Positions 1 to 15,960 of a stretch of 64,000 nucleotides of DNA are shown one piece after another. Below the pieces are notes generated by a model. That model was not told where the DNA came from and searched no databases. It worked only from the letters and a program-made list of their open reading frames with translations. Within the stretch, counting starts at the first letter, position 1; each line of letters begins with the position of its first letter. A program made the translations under genes and the position numbers. The stretch spans positions 11,904,001 to 11,968,000 of the forward strand of contig OZ024757.1 in the NCBI GenBank assembly GCA_964016885.1, written 5' to 3'. This DNA is from Eledone cirrhosa. Its lineage: Eukaryota.

Positions 1-65
1 TATATATATATATATTGTATATATATATATATATATAAATATATATATTATATATATATATCTTG

Positions 66-97
<32 letters not shown>

Positions 98-103
98 ATA
101 TTG

Positions 104-135
<32 letters not shown>

Positions 136-372
136 ATATTGTATATATATATATATATATGTGTATATATATTGTATATATATATATTGTATATATTAGT
201 GTATATATATATATATATATTGTATATATATATATATATATATATTGTATATATATATATATTGTATATATATATATATATATAATATATATATATATAT
301 AATATATATATATATACAATATATATATATATACAATATATATATATATATATATACAATATATATATATAT
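1..372. repeat. Compound (TA)n microsatellite with TATTG / CAATA interruptions
   Basis: Directly visible. The interruption switches from TATATTGTATA to its reverse complement TATACAATATA near 290. Confidence 0.95.
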
Positions 373-399
373 CTTCTATACACACTTGGCAGTATTCTG

Positions 400-880
400 G
401 GCAACTGTGTCAACTTTGAGCTGGACATCAACTGCAGGGTTGTAAAGGTGACTGCGGTGTTCCAATGGATGCCCTCAATTTGGTCAAACAGAGCCATCAG
501 CTTGTATTTCAAGCTGCACTTGTACACTACATTGTACTTCCTAAGCCCGTCTCTGACTGTAAAAAATGGAAACACACTGTGAAGATAGATCGGTGTCTAA
601 AAACTTTCCATTAAAGGAGATTCTAAAGGTCAGCTGGTGAGATCCTGTGGAGAGCAGTGTCACATCCACTGCAGATCATCATGGAACGTTGGTTCCATTT
701 TGCAGGTCACGTTCTGCACCTCCCAAATCACCTGTCCAAAACAGCGATGACATGGATTCCCCTTGAAGGCAAGTGGAAAAGAGGCCAACCGAAGATGACC
801 TGGTGGATCACATTCCAAAATGACCAACAAACTGTCAACATCAGCTGGCATGGATGTCAACAAGTTGTCACCAACTGAAA
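400..880 (+). mobile_element. Degenerate non-LTR retrotransposon (LINE) ORF2 C-terminal fragment
   Basis: The 657-878 peptide ERWFHFAGHVLHLP...AMTWIPLEGKWKRGQPKMTW matches the typical LINE C-terminal RW.GHV...W.P.GKR.RGRP..TW motif. Confidence 0.7.
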
Positions 881-3378
881 TCATTGGAGACAATTACTTA
901 ATGGTACTGGTAGTGTTTGCTGGTAAGGTGTTGGTGTATACACATGTTGTTGTTGTTGTTAATATCACCGCTGCTGTCGCAGCCTTCCTCTTGTTGATGA
1001 TGGTGGTAGTTGAAACAGCTACCTATTCGGGCTGCCAGGCTGGTTGCTGGGGCTCGAATGCCTTCTTTAACATAAGATGCGGGGTCGTTGTTATTGTCGC
1101 TGCCTTTCTCTTGTTAATGGTAGTGATAATTGTTGGTGCTACCTATATCGGCTGTCAAGCTGGCTGCTGTATCAGCTTCTGTGAGTGACGCTCCAATGGC
1201 CTTCTTGACCAAAGATGCAGGTCAATGGCTTTTGGCATCGTTTGGCAACACAACGGCAAATAAATATATTCTATATTTTTTTTTCTTTCTTTCTAATCCG
1301 ATTCAATATCATCAATTGGAAAGACCAATGGAAACATTGTTTCATTGGTCCAATCTGATGAGTTACACTCCACTTGGTAAGAACTGAGATGAGATTATTT
1401 ATCACAAAAAAATCACTAAAATAAAGATACTGGATTGGTATAACTACCTGGTTTGTATGTGTCTGTTGTGGTGTTTTGATGTGGTGTGTGTGTGCAGGGT
1501 GATGTATTGTTGTGTGTGTGTAGTGTAAAGAGGAAATTTTACACAAATAGGACCTAGAACGGGTGTGAGGACTCTACCCCCTACAACCCTCTCAGAAATA
1601 AATGGATGAAGAAAAAGAGAAGAAAGTTGTAAAGTATTTTCAAATGTGAATTATTTTTTTTTTAAAGTCATAATGTCAACTGTCATGAAAGTACCACCCA
1701 ACAAATATTAAAGTTATGCAATTGTTTTCTAACAAATATTAAAGTTATGCAATTGTTTTTATTTACACATGTGGATATTTTGTTTACAAAATAAACATAC
1801 AAACACATCAATGTTTTATTTTTAAATGATGTAGTCATAGGGGTGTCACTGTGGACATTTGAAGCTTGATGGAGCCCTTCACTCTCCAGGTTTGAACAGT
1901 TGATTTCTTCCAGAGAAGGAGAGAGAATAAGAGGGAGGAAGTGAGATAGAAATATAGAGAGGAAGAACAGACCCCAGTGATAGACTGGTATTGTTTTTTT
2001 ATTAACCTTGACTGGACGAAAGAAAGTTGACCTCAGCAGGATTTAAACAGAGAGAGCAGAGAACCAGGATAAATATGGCAGAAAGCATTCTATTTATTGT
2101 TTTATAAACTTTAAATAAATATTGCTACTTTTGACTCAAGGCCAGCAATTTGAAGAGAAAGGGGAATGCCAATTAAATCAGCCCCAGTGCATTACTGTTA
2201 CTGTTTTTTATCAACCTTGAATGGATGAAACTCAGAAATTTAAACCCAGAACATAAAGGACTGTAACAGTATGACACAAAGCATATCGTCTGACACTCTA
2301 CTGATTCTGCAAATCCACCACCCTCAACAATGAAATGAGATTGTGTCTTTGTAATAGCCCTTAATAACAAATAATATGAAGGGGTACTTTCTACAGGGTG
2401 TATTTGTAATTACAATACAAAACCTCTGAGAATGATTTCCAACATATTATATCACCATAATAAATGTTCATCAATATATATTAATATTATTATTATTTTC
2501 TGCTAGCATGTGTAGTGTGCATATTGATGTTACGCAGGTATATATATACATGTAGATATGATACATCAAATAAAATTGTAATTGACAATATATAATACAT
2601 AGAAATTGAACAAAGACTGTGTTACACTGTCTTATTTAATCAGTAACATAATCCATGATACATTATAAAAGACGATATTATATATAAACTGCATTAGGAG
2701 AAAATTAGTGACGGAAATATATGAATGTTTATTTAAGCGATGGCTAACCGGAAGTGTTGACATTTCAGAAATTTTAAAGAAGTGAATTTTTAAATAAACA
2801 AAATATATTTAATCAACAGCCACGGAATTTAGTAGATAAATTATGTAATATTCATTCATTATTTATTCAAAGTAATGCAACTTATTTTACTAATCGGATA
2901 AAAAATTATAAACCGTACAGTCCCGCGCTCCTTACTTTTTTATAGTTTAGATTTGTTAGGTCAGGTGGATTGGCCAGAACAATTCTACTCTTCTTTTTTA
3001 GATGTCATGATCTTCCATGGCATTCCTGAGATCATTAATCTCCAGCTGGACATCCTGAGACATCTGATCTATGTAGGTCAATCTCAGTCATCCCACTAGG
3101 GTCTCACAACGTTTAGGTATCCACCACAATAGCCAGCTCATCCTACCCTCAGCAGCAATGTCCAACATATCTTGTCCTCCGCTCCCTAGTTATTGTGGTA
3201 ATCTTTGATATATGTCAGTATATTTCATCGCTGTGAGTAATGTATTAAAAACTAAAAATAATAATGTATATATATATACACACACACATACACAACATAT
3301 ATGTTGAGATGTATAAGATTTCTCAAGCTTCACATTTTATATTCTGCCTTCCAAAGTGTGTCTATATATTTGTGTTTT

Positions 3379-3770
<392 letters not shown>

Positions 3771-3858
3771 ATATTAAGAAATGTAGAATTCAGTTGGTAA
3801 AGTAATAAGATGTATGAAAGCGTAAGACTGATTTTGGAAGAAGAAAAAGCAAGTGCTA

Positions 3859-3899
<41 letters not shown>

Positions 3900-4592
3900 G
3901 GGGGGGGGGGGTTATTTATATATATATATCTTTTTATATTTATATAAAACAAACGAATAAGACTTCTAGAGATATGGTTCTTGTTATTGAGGACAGTTCA
4001 GGTCAGAAGAGAATTAATATCCATAATTTCAAAAGAAGAAGGTTAATATATATACAGACATATATATATATATATATATATAGACATACAGTGTGTAAGT
4101 ATGAGAGAGAGAAATAAATAGACGTGTGCGTGTGTGTAGAAATATGTGTGTAAGTGTTGTAATAAACAAGATATTTCACTTCAGATAGAAAAGTTCACAA
4201 TGTTTGTGTTGTGGTGGAAAACGAAATAATACGTACTTTAGTTCTCAAGACCAAATATAATGTCAAGAAAAGTTAGTAAAAACTAAATGTTAACTGATTT
4301 CTGATTAAATATTTTCCTGTCCTGTAAAATGTTGAACAACCACTTCAATATTTAATAATACAGGTGATAAAACAACTATAAGGTAAATAAGTCACCTTAT
4401 GTTATTTACAAACATTAACGTTCACCTTAATATGAAATAATCACCATAAAAGATAAGATTAGATGAGGTTTAAGTTGCAACAATGGAGCTGATATAAATG
4501 GTAATATTTTACCGTCTAGTTGACACCGGTGTCATGACTTAAAAGTCCCCCTCATAATTTAATACATTCAGAAACAACTTCCGTTATATGAA

Positions 4593-4735
4593 CTAGCAGA
4601 AAACCACCCGAAGGTAGCATGTGTAGTGTGTATATTGATATGAAACGCAGGTATATATGATACATGTATATATATACCTGCGTATAATATCAATATACAC
4701 ACTACTCATGCTACCTTCGGGTGGTTTTCTGCTAG
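4593..4735. repeat. ~140-bp hairpin at the tandem-unit junction (also ~6819-6962 and ~9048-9190), made of two outward-facing Helitron-type 3' ends
   Basis: The arm CTAGCAGAAAACCACCCGAAGGTAGCATG...ACGCAGGTATATAT pairs with ATATACCTGCGT...CATGCTACCTTCGGGTGGTTTTCTGCTAG. Each arm ends in a small stem-loop (TACC-TTCG-GGTG) a few nt before CTAG. Confidence 0.8.
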
Positions 4736-5609
4736 CATGTGTAGTGTGTATATTGATATTATACGCAAGTATATATATACATGTAGATATGATACATCAA
4801 ATAAAATTGTAATTGACAATATATAATACATAGAAATTGAACAAAGACTGTGTTACACTGTCTTATTTAATCAGTAACATAATCCATGATACATTATAAA
4901 AGACGATATTATATATAAACTGCATTAGGAGAAAATTAGTGACGGAAATATATGAATGTTTATTTAAGCGATGGCTAACCGGAAGTGTTGACATTTCAGA
5001 AATTTTAAAGAAGTGAATTTTTAAATAAACAAAATATATTTAATCAACAGCCACGGAATTTAGTAGATAAATTATGTAATATTCATTCATTATTTATTCA
5101 AAGTAATGCAACTTATTTTACTAATCGGATAAAAAATTATAAACCGTACAGTCCCGCGCTCCTTACTTTTTTATAGTTTAGATTTGTTAGGTCAGGTGGA
5201 TTGGCCAGAACAATTCTACTCTTCTTTTTTAGATGTCATGATCTTCCATGGCATTCCTGAGATCATTAATCTCCAGCTGGACATCCTGAGACATCTGATC
5301 TATGTAGGTCAATCTCAGTCATCCCACTAGGGTCTCACAACGTTTAGGTATCCACCACAATAGCCAGCTCATCCTACCCTCAGCAGCAATGTCCAACATA
5401 TCTTGTCCTCCGCTCCCTAGTTATTGTGGTAATCTTTGATATATGTCAGTATATTTCATCGCTGTGAGTAATGTATTAAAAACTAAAAATAATAATGTAT
5501 ATATATATACACACACACATACACAACATATATGTTGAGATGTATAAGATTTCTCAAGCTTCACATTTTATATTCTGCCTTCCAAAGTGTGTCTATATAT
5601 TTGTGTTTT

Positions 5610-6001
<392 letters not shown>

Positions 6002-6089
6002 ATATTAAGAAATGTAGAATTCAGTTGGTAAAGTAATAAGATGTATGAAAGCGTAAGACTGATTTTGGAAGAAGAAAAAGCAAGTGCTA

Positions 6090-6120
<31 letters not shown>

Positions 6121-7835
6121 GGGGGGGGGGGGGGGGGTTATTTATATATATATATCTTTTTATATTTATATAAAACAAACGAATAAGACTTCTAGAGATA
6201 TGGTTCTTGTTATTGAGGACAGTTCAGGTCAGAAGAGAATTAATATCCATAATTTCAAAAGAAGAAGGTTAATATATATACAGACATATATATATATATA
6301 TATATATAGACATACAGTGTGTAAGTATGAGAGAGAGAAATAAATAGACGTGTGCGTGTGTGTAGAAATATGTGTGTAAGTGTTGTAATAAACAAGATAT
6401 TTCACTTCAGATAGAAAAGTTCACAATGTTTGTGTTGTGGTGGAAAACGAAATAATACGTACTTTAGTTCTCAAGACCAAATATAATGTCAAGAAAAGTT
6501 AGTAAAAACTAAATGTTAACTGATTTCTGATTAAATATTTTCCTGTCCTGTAAAATGTTGAACAACCACTTCAATATTTAATAATACAGGTGATAAAACA
6601 ACTATAAGGTAAATAAGTCACCTTATGTTATTTACAAACATTAACGTTCACCTTAATATGAAATAATCACCATAAAAGATAAGATTAGATGAGGTTTAAG
6701 TTGCAACAATGGAGCTGATATAAATGGTAATATTTTACCGTCTAGTTGACACCGGTGTCATGACTTAAAAGTCCCCCTCATAATTTAATACATTCAGAAA
6801 CAACTTCCGTTATATGAACTAGCAGAAAACCACCCGAAGGTAGCATGTGTAGTGTGTATATTGATATGAAACGCAGGTATATATGATACATGTATATATA
6901 TACCTGCGTATAATATCAATATACACACTACTCATGCTACCTTCGGGTGGTTTTCTGCTAGCATGTGTAGTGTGTATATTGATATTATACGCAAGTATAT
7001 ATATACATGTAGATATGATACATCAAATAAAATTGTAATTGACAATATATAATACATAGAAATTGAACAAAGACTGTGTTACACTGTCTTATTTAATCAG
7101 TAACATAATCCATGATACATTATAAAAGACGATATTATATATAAACTGCATTAGGAGAAAATTAGTGACGGAAATATATGAATGTTTATTTAAGCGATGG
7201 CTAACCGGAAGTGTTGACATTTCAGAAATTTTAAAGAAGTGAATTTTTAAATAAACAAAATATATTTAATCAACAGCCACGGAATTTAGTAGATAAATTA
7301 TGTAATATTCATTCATTATTTATTCAAAGTAATGCAACTTATTTTACTAATCGGATAAAAAATTATAAACCGTACAGTCCCGCGCTCCTTACTTTTTTAT
7401 AGTTTAGATTTGTTAGGTCAGGTGGATTGGCCAGAACAATTCTACTCTTCTTTTTTAGATGTCATGATCTTCCATGGCATTCCTGAGATCATTAATCTCC
7501 AGCTGGACATCCTGAGACATCTGATCTATGTAGGTCAATCTCAGTCATCCCACTAGGGTCTCACAACGTTTAGGTATCCACCACAATAGCCAGCTCATCC
7601 TACCCTCAGCAGCAATGTCCAACATATCTTGTCCTCCGCTCCCTAGTTATTGTGGTAATCTTTGATATATGTCAGTATATTTCATCGCTGTGAGTAATGT
7701 ATTAAAAACTAAAAATAATAATGTATATATATATACACACACACATACACAACATATATGTTGAGATGTATAAGATTTCTCAAGCTTCACATTTTATATT
7801 CTGCCTTCCAAAGTGTGTCTATATATTTGTGTTTT

Positions 7836-8227
<392 letters not shown>

Positions 8228-8315
8228 ATATTAAGAAATGTAGAATTCAGTTGGTAAAGTAATAAGATGTATGAAAGCGTAAGACTGATTTTGGAAGAAG
8301 AAAAAGCAAGTGCTA

Positions 8316-8356
<41 letters not shown>

Positions 8357-9282
8357 GGGGGGGGGGTTATTTATATATATATATCTTTTTATATTTATAT
8401 AAAACAAACGAATAAGACTTCTAGAGATATGGTTCTTGTTATTGAGGACAGTTCAGGTCAGAAGAGAATTAATATCCATAATTTCAAAAGAAGAAGGTTA
8501 ATATATATACAGACATATATATATATATATATATATAGACATACAGTGTGTAAGTATGAGAGAGAGAAATAAATAGACGTGTGCGTGTGTGTAGAAATAT
8601 GTGTGTAAGTGTTGTAATAAACAAGATATTTCACTTCAGATAGAAAAGTTCACAATGTTTGTGTTGTGGTGGAAAACGAAATAATACGTACTTTAGTTCT
8701 CAAGACCAAATATAATGTCAAGAAAAGTTAGTAAAAACTAAATGTTAACTGATTTCTGATTAAATATTTTCCTGTCCTGTAAAATGTTGAACAACCACTT
8801 CAATATTTAATAATACAGGTGATAAAACAACTATAAGGTAAATAAGTCACCTTATGTTATTTACAAACATTAACGTTCACCTTAATATGAAATAATCACC
8901 ATAAAAGATAAGATTAGATGAGGTTTAAGTTGCAACAATGGAGCTGATATAAATGGTAATATTTTACCGTCTAGTTGACACCGGTGTCATGACTTAAAAG
9001 TCCCCCTCATAATTTAATACATTCAGAAACAACTTCCGTTATATGAACTAGCAGAAAACCACCCGAAGGTAGCATGTGTAGTGTGTATATTGATATGAAA
9101 CGCAGGTATATATGATACATGTATATATATACCTGCGTATAATATCAATATACACACTACTCATGCTACCTTCGGGTGGTTTTCTGCTAGCATGTGTAGT
9201 GTGTATATTGATATTATACGCAAGTATATATATACATGTAGATATGATACATCAAATAAACTCATAATTGACAATATATAAT

Positions 9283-9463
9283 TGTTTCTACATTAGGCAC
9301 AAGACCAGCAAATACCCAGTGTATTACTGGTACTTTATTTTATCGACCCCGTAAGGATGAAAGGCAAAGTTAATCTCGGCGGGATTTGAACTCAGATCAT
9401 AAAGGCAGGTAACTCTATGCTACAAAGCTTGGCGTCCGACGCTCTACCGATACTGCCAATCCA
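9283..9463 (-). mobile_element. tRNA-derived SINE, family A (MetaSINE-like central domain). Further full or partial copies at ~1970-2320, 14850-15005(-), 15781-15957(-), 28755-28890(-), 48040-48098(-), 54120-54205(+), 54273-54447(+), 55345-55455(+), 57398-57567(+), 58552-58640(+)
   Basis: The minus strand reads an A box TGGCAGTATCGG, a B box GAGTTCAAATCC, then GCCTTTCATCCTTACGGGGTCGATAAAATAAAGTACCAG. The superfamily assignment is from recall of that central motif. Confidence 0.8.
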
Positions 9464-10283
9464 ACGAAAATAATTATTTCTACTGTTGGCACAAGGCCAG
9501 CAATTATCCCAGTGTATTATAATGGGAGAGGGACAGACTTTATATTTCAGTCTGAGCTGTGATTCAGCCCTACCCTACAGACAAAATGGCAAAGGTGTTA
9601 CCACATAGAATAGCCAGAGTCGCCCACTACAACATCCACCCCACCTCATGAGACTACTTCCTCAAGGGGGCTGCTGTCTTTCTAATTTTGAGAAGGAAAT
9701 CAGCAGTGTGGGGACAAAGAGGAAGTGGTTTGTCAGGCCCCAGTATTTAACTATCTCCCTCTTCTCTCTATTACAGGTAGTAAAGCCTGGGTTTGTGGCC
9801 GCAGGGAAAATGTTGGAGGCAGAGAATGATCCAACCCATGCTAAACCTCCAACTAAAGCTGCTACTTGTCTTTTTCAGCTGTGGAGATTAGAGACATGTG
9901 GAATGATGTGTCTTGCTTAAGGACACAATGTACCTCCCTAACTGACAATTGAAAACATGATATTACATATGTTGTATGACTTAACTATACAATATATATG
10001 TTTGTATACATATATATAGTATATAAGTGTGTATACATTGTCCAATTCCATGAGAGTAACTTGGTCAGTCTATGAACTCCTCATCTGACCCTTCTATATG
10101 TATATACATGTTTGTCAGTTGTGTGTACATATGTATATAGAATATTGTCACAACTACTATATACACTATATATACACTATATATAATATTGTCCAATATA
10201 TATAGACTATATGTCATGTTGTCCAAGGGAAAGGCTGATATAGATCGGCACCAGTGACTTTACAACTATTATATACACTATAT

Positions 10284-13200
10284 ATCATCATCATCGTTAT
10301 CATTTAACGTCTGTCTTCCACGCTAGCATGGGTTAGCCGGGAATTGTCCCCCTTGAGACAAGATTGATCAGGTGACCATGTCTCGCTCGTATAGGACTGT
10401 ATCTGGCAGGTTTTCTACAGCTGGATGCCCTTCCTAACACCAACCACATTTCCAGTGTGGACTGGGAGCCTTTTCCTGATGACACCTACACTACCTCTTT
10501 AGTTTGGACTGGATGTTGTGGTACCAACATAATTTTACAGAGACAAGGTGGTGTTGGTGGGAGTGGGAGGATGGAGTAAGGGTTGTGGGTTGGATGTATA
10601 TTTGGTTAGGAGGGGCCTACTGACTGTAGGTTAACTTTGCACGTAGGGAAGGCGGGTCTTCTCTGTTACTGTGTGGGGCCAAAGATCTCGATCCAGTGAC
10701 ATTGTCTAAGAGAGGTGTAAGTGTGCAAGTTTGGATTTTATGTCATCCCAGGTTTTTCTGGGTCTACCTACTCCGTAACTTCCATCAATGTTGATCACCA
10801 TGCACATATTTATAAAGATGTCATCTTTCATGCACATCAAATGACCATACCAACGTAATCTTCTCTCAAGTAAACAGCATCTGATCCCTCTTATTCCTAA
10901 TTCTCACTTAGTTCCTTAATGTTTTGCCATTCATGTATTACACATCAACAGATCATGCATGCTTCATTCCTTTCCAATCTGTGCAGGTCCTCTGCACACA
11001 ATGCCCATGTCTCACTGCCATGTAACATTGCTGTTCGTATACAAGCATCATACAATCTGCCTTTCATTTTTAGAGAGAAACTTTTTGTGGTCAGCAGCGG
11101 TATTAGCTCTCTGTGCTTTTTCCATCCCGTTCTAACTCTGGCCACTACACTTTCAGAGCACCCTCCACCACTGCTGATTTAGTCATCCAGGCAATGGAAA
11201 GTGTCCACTATTTCTATAGAACCATTTGGGCAGTAGAAAGTGCTAGTATCATGTGATTACTTGCTGCTTATTTCAAATGAGCATCGGACACATACAAAAT
11301 CTACATTCTTAGATAGCTTACCTGTGATCTTACTACATCATATATGTACCCATAGTTTGCATTTGGGACATAGAATGGAATTTATACCTACTCCTTTCCT
11401 ACACACTGAGCATGGCACCAGTGCCCTATTTTCTTTTCTACATACTAGACCTTTAGTCCTAGACAAGTTAACTTTAGGGCCTTTTGATTCAAGGCCTTGC
11501 CTCCATTTTTTGAATTTCTTCTCTAGTTCAGCCATAGATTCGGCTAGGAGAGTTCGATCATCTACATTTTGAAGTTCCCATGTGCAGCTGGTCTTAAACC
11601 CCTCTGTTATAGCCTGAAGGGCAATAATAAACAGGAGGAAGCTAACGATGGGGCCTTGCTGAACACCTACTTTTACACTAAATTCTTCACTATGTTCATT
11701 GTTAATTCTAACCTTGCTGACTGTTTCTTTGTACATGGCTTGTATAGCTCTCACAAGCCATTCATCTCCTCCTACATTTCTAAGGGCCCACCAGATAATG
11801 GAGCGGGGACTCTGTCAAAGGCTTTCTCCAAGTCAACAAAAAAGCTAAGTATAAGGGGTTTACTTTTAGCTAGGTACTCCTCCTGTAGTTGTCGTACAAT
11901 GAAAAGAATGTCTGTGGTACATTTACCTGGCACAAACCCAAACTGCATTTCATCTAGATCAATTTGGTCTCTGATTAGTTGTGCTATAACTCTTTCTGTG
12001 ACCTTCATGACCTGGTCAACTACCTTAATGGCTCTATAGTTTCCCCTATCTAGGGCATCTCCTTTACCCTTGTAGCAGTTAACGATGGTGCTGCTACGCC
12101 AGTCATCTGGTATGACCCCATTCTGTATTAGTTGGTTTACTATCTGGGTGTCCATAGTATGTCCCACCATTCCAGATGCTTTCAACATCTCAACAACTAT
12201 CTCCAAAGGCCCAACTGCCTTGCCCGTCTTCATATCTTTGATTGCCTTACTTACTATACTACCATTAACTTGCACCACTGGTCCCTCTATTCGATCGATT
12301 TGGGGCAGACTATCTTTTTCCCATTTATTCTCCTTATTTAGTAGTCTCTTGTAGTGACACTTCCAAGCTACCTTCTTGTAAGTATCAGTGAGAGCAAGTA
12401 CACCATCATCATTACGGACACACTTCTCCCTGACAATATCACGGTTTTCCTTGACACTTTATTTTGCGATCCTGAACACCTCACGTTGTAGAACATGCTT
12501 GAACTTTCTATCCTCTGCTTCCCTTCTTGCAGAGTACACTTGTCTCCTAGCTTCCCTTCTGGCTACTTGATAGTGTTCTCTACTTCCCACATCCCGCCAT
12601 GCTTACTAAGCCTGCTTTTTGGCATTGATTGACTCCTCCACCTTACTGTTCCATCTCCAAGTTACTCTCCTCCTGCCTATAGGTCTGCTCCAGCAACAGA
12701 TTTCATCTGTCGCCTTCAGTATGTTAACTTTCAAGAATTCCCACTGTTCTTCTATATTGTATGTCTCTAATTTCTCTTCATTACTGTCAAAAGCATTAAC
12801 TAATATGCTTTTAAATTTGTCACTGGCTGTGAGGTCCTTCAACTTCCATCTTCTCCTCAAGGTATTCCTCCTCTCTCGTCGAGTATGTCTATTCCTGACT
12901 GTGAAAAATTAACTATTAGGCTATGTTGGGAGGTGCATTCTTCACGGGAGAGGGACTTAGTGTTTACAACTGACACTTTGTCACATCTTCTGGTAAGGAT
13001 ATAATCTATCTGGCTGGCGTGTTCCCCTGATCTATCGGTGACCATGTCATTGTCTCATTTTTTGAAGTTTGTGTTACAGATAGTTAGGTTATTTGCGTCA
13101 CAGAATTCCAGGATCCTGAAGCCTTCCTCATTTCTAATCCAAACCCATAACCTCCATGGATTCCATCATAACCATCACTATGTTGTCCAATGTCATCATT

Positions 13201-13436
13201 TAGGTCACCAGCAATAATTATGTAGTCACTGTCAGTTATTTGGGAGGTAGTGAGCATTAGCGACTCATAGAACCTGTCTTTTATTACGTCAGGTAGACCA
13301 GATTGGGGTGCATAAGCGGATATTATTGTCACAGTACTTCTATTTAGGACTAGTTTATTTTAATTATTCTGTCGTTCATTCTATTTACGGCAATTACATT
13401 ATCTACCCATTTTTCAGCTAACATAATTCCTAATCC
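10284..13436 (-). mobile_element. RTE-clade LINE, near full-length ORF but frameshifted
   Basis: APE endonuclease (ISAYAPQSG, IIAGDLN, SQIDYIL), RT (DRGNYRAIK, QFGFVPGKCTTD, FVDLEKAFDRVP), C-terminal region, and a (GAT)n-type 3' tail at 10284-10300. Confidence 0.92.
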
Positions 13437-13467
13437 ACCCAGCCCTTTGTCCAATTATATATATATA

Positions 13468-14330
13468 CTAGCAGTGGTACCCGGCGTTGCACGGGATAAT
13501 GTGTTTTGGGACGCGGGCTGCCAATAGACCTAATCGTGGAAAAACTGCATGCCTGGACAATATGTAAAGAAAATAAACCCAATACTCTGATGGCTGGATA
13601 ATCTTTAGGATTTTCCTCGATGAAGCAGGAAAAATGCAGGTTTTCACCTAATGCAAGCCATAGGGGATCAAGAAAATAATTTTTTTTTATGTGCAATTTT
13701 ATGTGAAATTTCGGGAAAATCGGCTAGATGTAACGCCTCAAAAAAGCCCTAAAAAGCTGAAAAAATGAAGATTTTCACCTAGTGGGGTATGAAGAAGAGA
13801 CTGATTAATACATAGTTACAATTTCAAGGAAATCGGTCTGACGTCACGCCACAAATAACTCCTAAAATCCTGAAAAAATGCAGTTTTTCACCTAATGCAG
13901 GCCCTAGGAGATGAAAAATTGAATTTTATGTACATAACACTCCCTGAAACATAAGTAATACACATGTAAAGTTTAAAAAGAATTGGTTGGGTACTTCTCG
14001 AGTTTTAGCGATTCAAACTCACAGACACACACACAGACAGACATCGTCAAGGAAGTGCCGTAATGCAGACAGCCAGACATACAGACAGATATTATAACTG
14101 CGCGACGTTATATGTATGTATCTATCTAAAATGAGAAAGACTAAGAATTATAGAGAGAGATCGTTAAACCGCCTAATGCGGTCCCTAGGGCATTGAAAAT
14201 TGTTTGGCTCAGAACACTTCCCGAAACATAAGTATTACATGTGTAAAGTTTGAAAACCGTCGGTCGGGTGGTTCTCGAGGTTTAGGGATTCAAACACACA
14301 CACACACACACACACAGACAGACATTCTCA

Positions 14331-14345
<15 letters not shown>
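13468..14345 (-). mobile_element. Non-autonomous Helitron, copy H1
   Basis: On the minus strand the 3' end is the hairpin CCCGTGCAACGCCGGG + 8 nt + CTAG|T. The 5' end (TATAAAACTGAG) lies in a TA tract. Internal GTCT/GT repeats; no TIR or TSD. Confidence 0.85.
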
Positions 14346-14363
<18 letters not shown>

Positions 14364-15044
14364 CATGTTTGAAAATAGAAACTTTAGTCTAATAACACGG
14401 CACCAACAATGTTAATGTCCATTTTTCTGTTATGGGAGTTCATATGTCCTGTTAATTGACTAACTTCTCTAGCCAAACTATGCTAAAAGGTTCTAATTCT
14501 ATTTCCAATCTGTATATATATATATATACAAATAAATTATCGAGAATCGGAGTCTCGGCCCACGAAATAACGAAACACAATCTTCGAAATGCATGGCAAA
14601 GGGCTCAATAGTTTGGATAAACCAGAGCTATAACTATCGTTTAAATACCAACACATAGAGACAATGCTTATGTGTGTGTGTGTGTCCATATGTGGTTGGC
14701 TGCTGAGGGAGAAGAGTACTCAATACCGAAGTAGAGTTTCAATATATATTTTATTAAGGCTCAATAGTGAGTCTTGTTACTCCAGAGTAACAGGGAGAGA
14801 AATTAGGCATAAAAGGGATCAGATGCAGTTTACTAGAGAGGACATTATATCGACCCCAGTGTATTACTGGTACTTTATTTTATCGACTCTGTAAGGATGA
14901 AAGGCAAAGATAACCTTGGCGCGATTTCAACTCAGAACGTAAAGGGATGTAACTCTATGCTGCAAAGCATGGTGACCGACGCTCTACCGATTACTGACAA
15001 TCCACCTAACGAATCAGTAATAATTGCTAGGACCTTGTGGGTTA

Positions 15045-15960
15045 AATTAGGTGATAAAACGTAAAAATATATCGTGGAGAAAACTCTGAGGAAGGAGGAG
15101 GTTTATCCCGGGGGAGGGCAGTATCTCTGGGGTAGGGGGGTATGATGGGGAAGGGGAGTATCCCTGGCTGTATGGCAAGTATGATGGGGAAGGGGAGCAT
15201 CCGGGGGTGGTACCCCGGGGGGAGGGAGCACTGATAATATAAAAAACGATATACCCCCCCCCCCCCCCCCCCCAGAAATCAAGAGGTTGGGGGTCAATAA
15301 TAAAACCCAAATAAGACAACATTTCAGTCTAGAAGTATTTTCCTGTATATAAAAGTGACGAGGAAGAAATATGTTCAAAGTGAAATATTTTCACTTCTAA
15401 TTACTGTATCGTTAGCTTCACATAATTCTATTATTTACACACATTATTAGAGACTTCAAGTAAATCTCAACTTATCCTCTTCACATGTAATCTCTTGTCT
15501 TATATTTTACTAAACAACCAAAGAAATAATCTCCTTGTTGTTAAATTAGAAATTTCAAAGATTTTCTCACCTTTTCCCGCCATTAACGTTGTTCTATCTT
15601 CTTAGTCTTTAGCCACAGATTCCTATCTTGTCACAATAAACAAGTAAAGCTAGCTTTCTTTCTTTAGCCATTCCTATATCCTGTCTCTCTCTCTCACTGT
15701 TTGGCTACGTGTGTGTGTATAAATAGTGGTGATGATGATGATGATGATGATGATATGTGTGTGTGCTTATAATAATAATCGTTTCTACTTTTTGAAATTA
15801 CCCCAGTGCATTACTGGTACTTTATTTTATCGACCACGTAAGGATGAAAGGCAAAGTTAACCTCGACGGGATTTTAACTCAGACTATAAAGGGACGTAAC
15901 TCTATGCTAGAAACATGGCGTCCAACCCTCTACCTTTACTGCCAATTCACCGCCTTATAG
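15045..15960. repeat. Block duplicated in inverted orientation at ~54290-55880; includes a G-run-rich segment at 15095-15295
   Basis: ORFs 15103-15378(-) and 55605-55868(+) are near-identical, and the flanking sequence aligns. Confidence 0.9.

Noticed and set aside
48-575. Ile/Tyr-rich ORFs (also at 24079-24530, 35993-36295, 36826-37123 and 48847-49412)
   Set aside because: These are translations of (TA)n, (CA)n and (GA)n microsatellites, which lack stops.
11569-12354. + strand ORFs over the LINE
   Set aside because: They are antisense shadows of the RTE reverse transcriptase.
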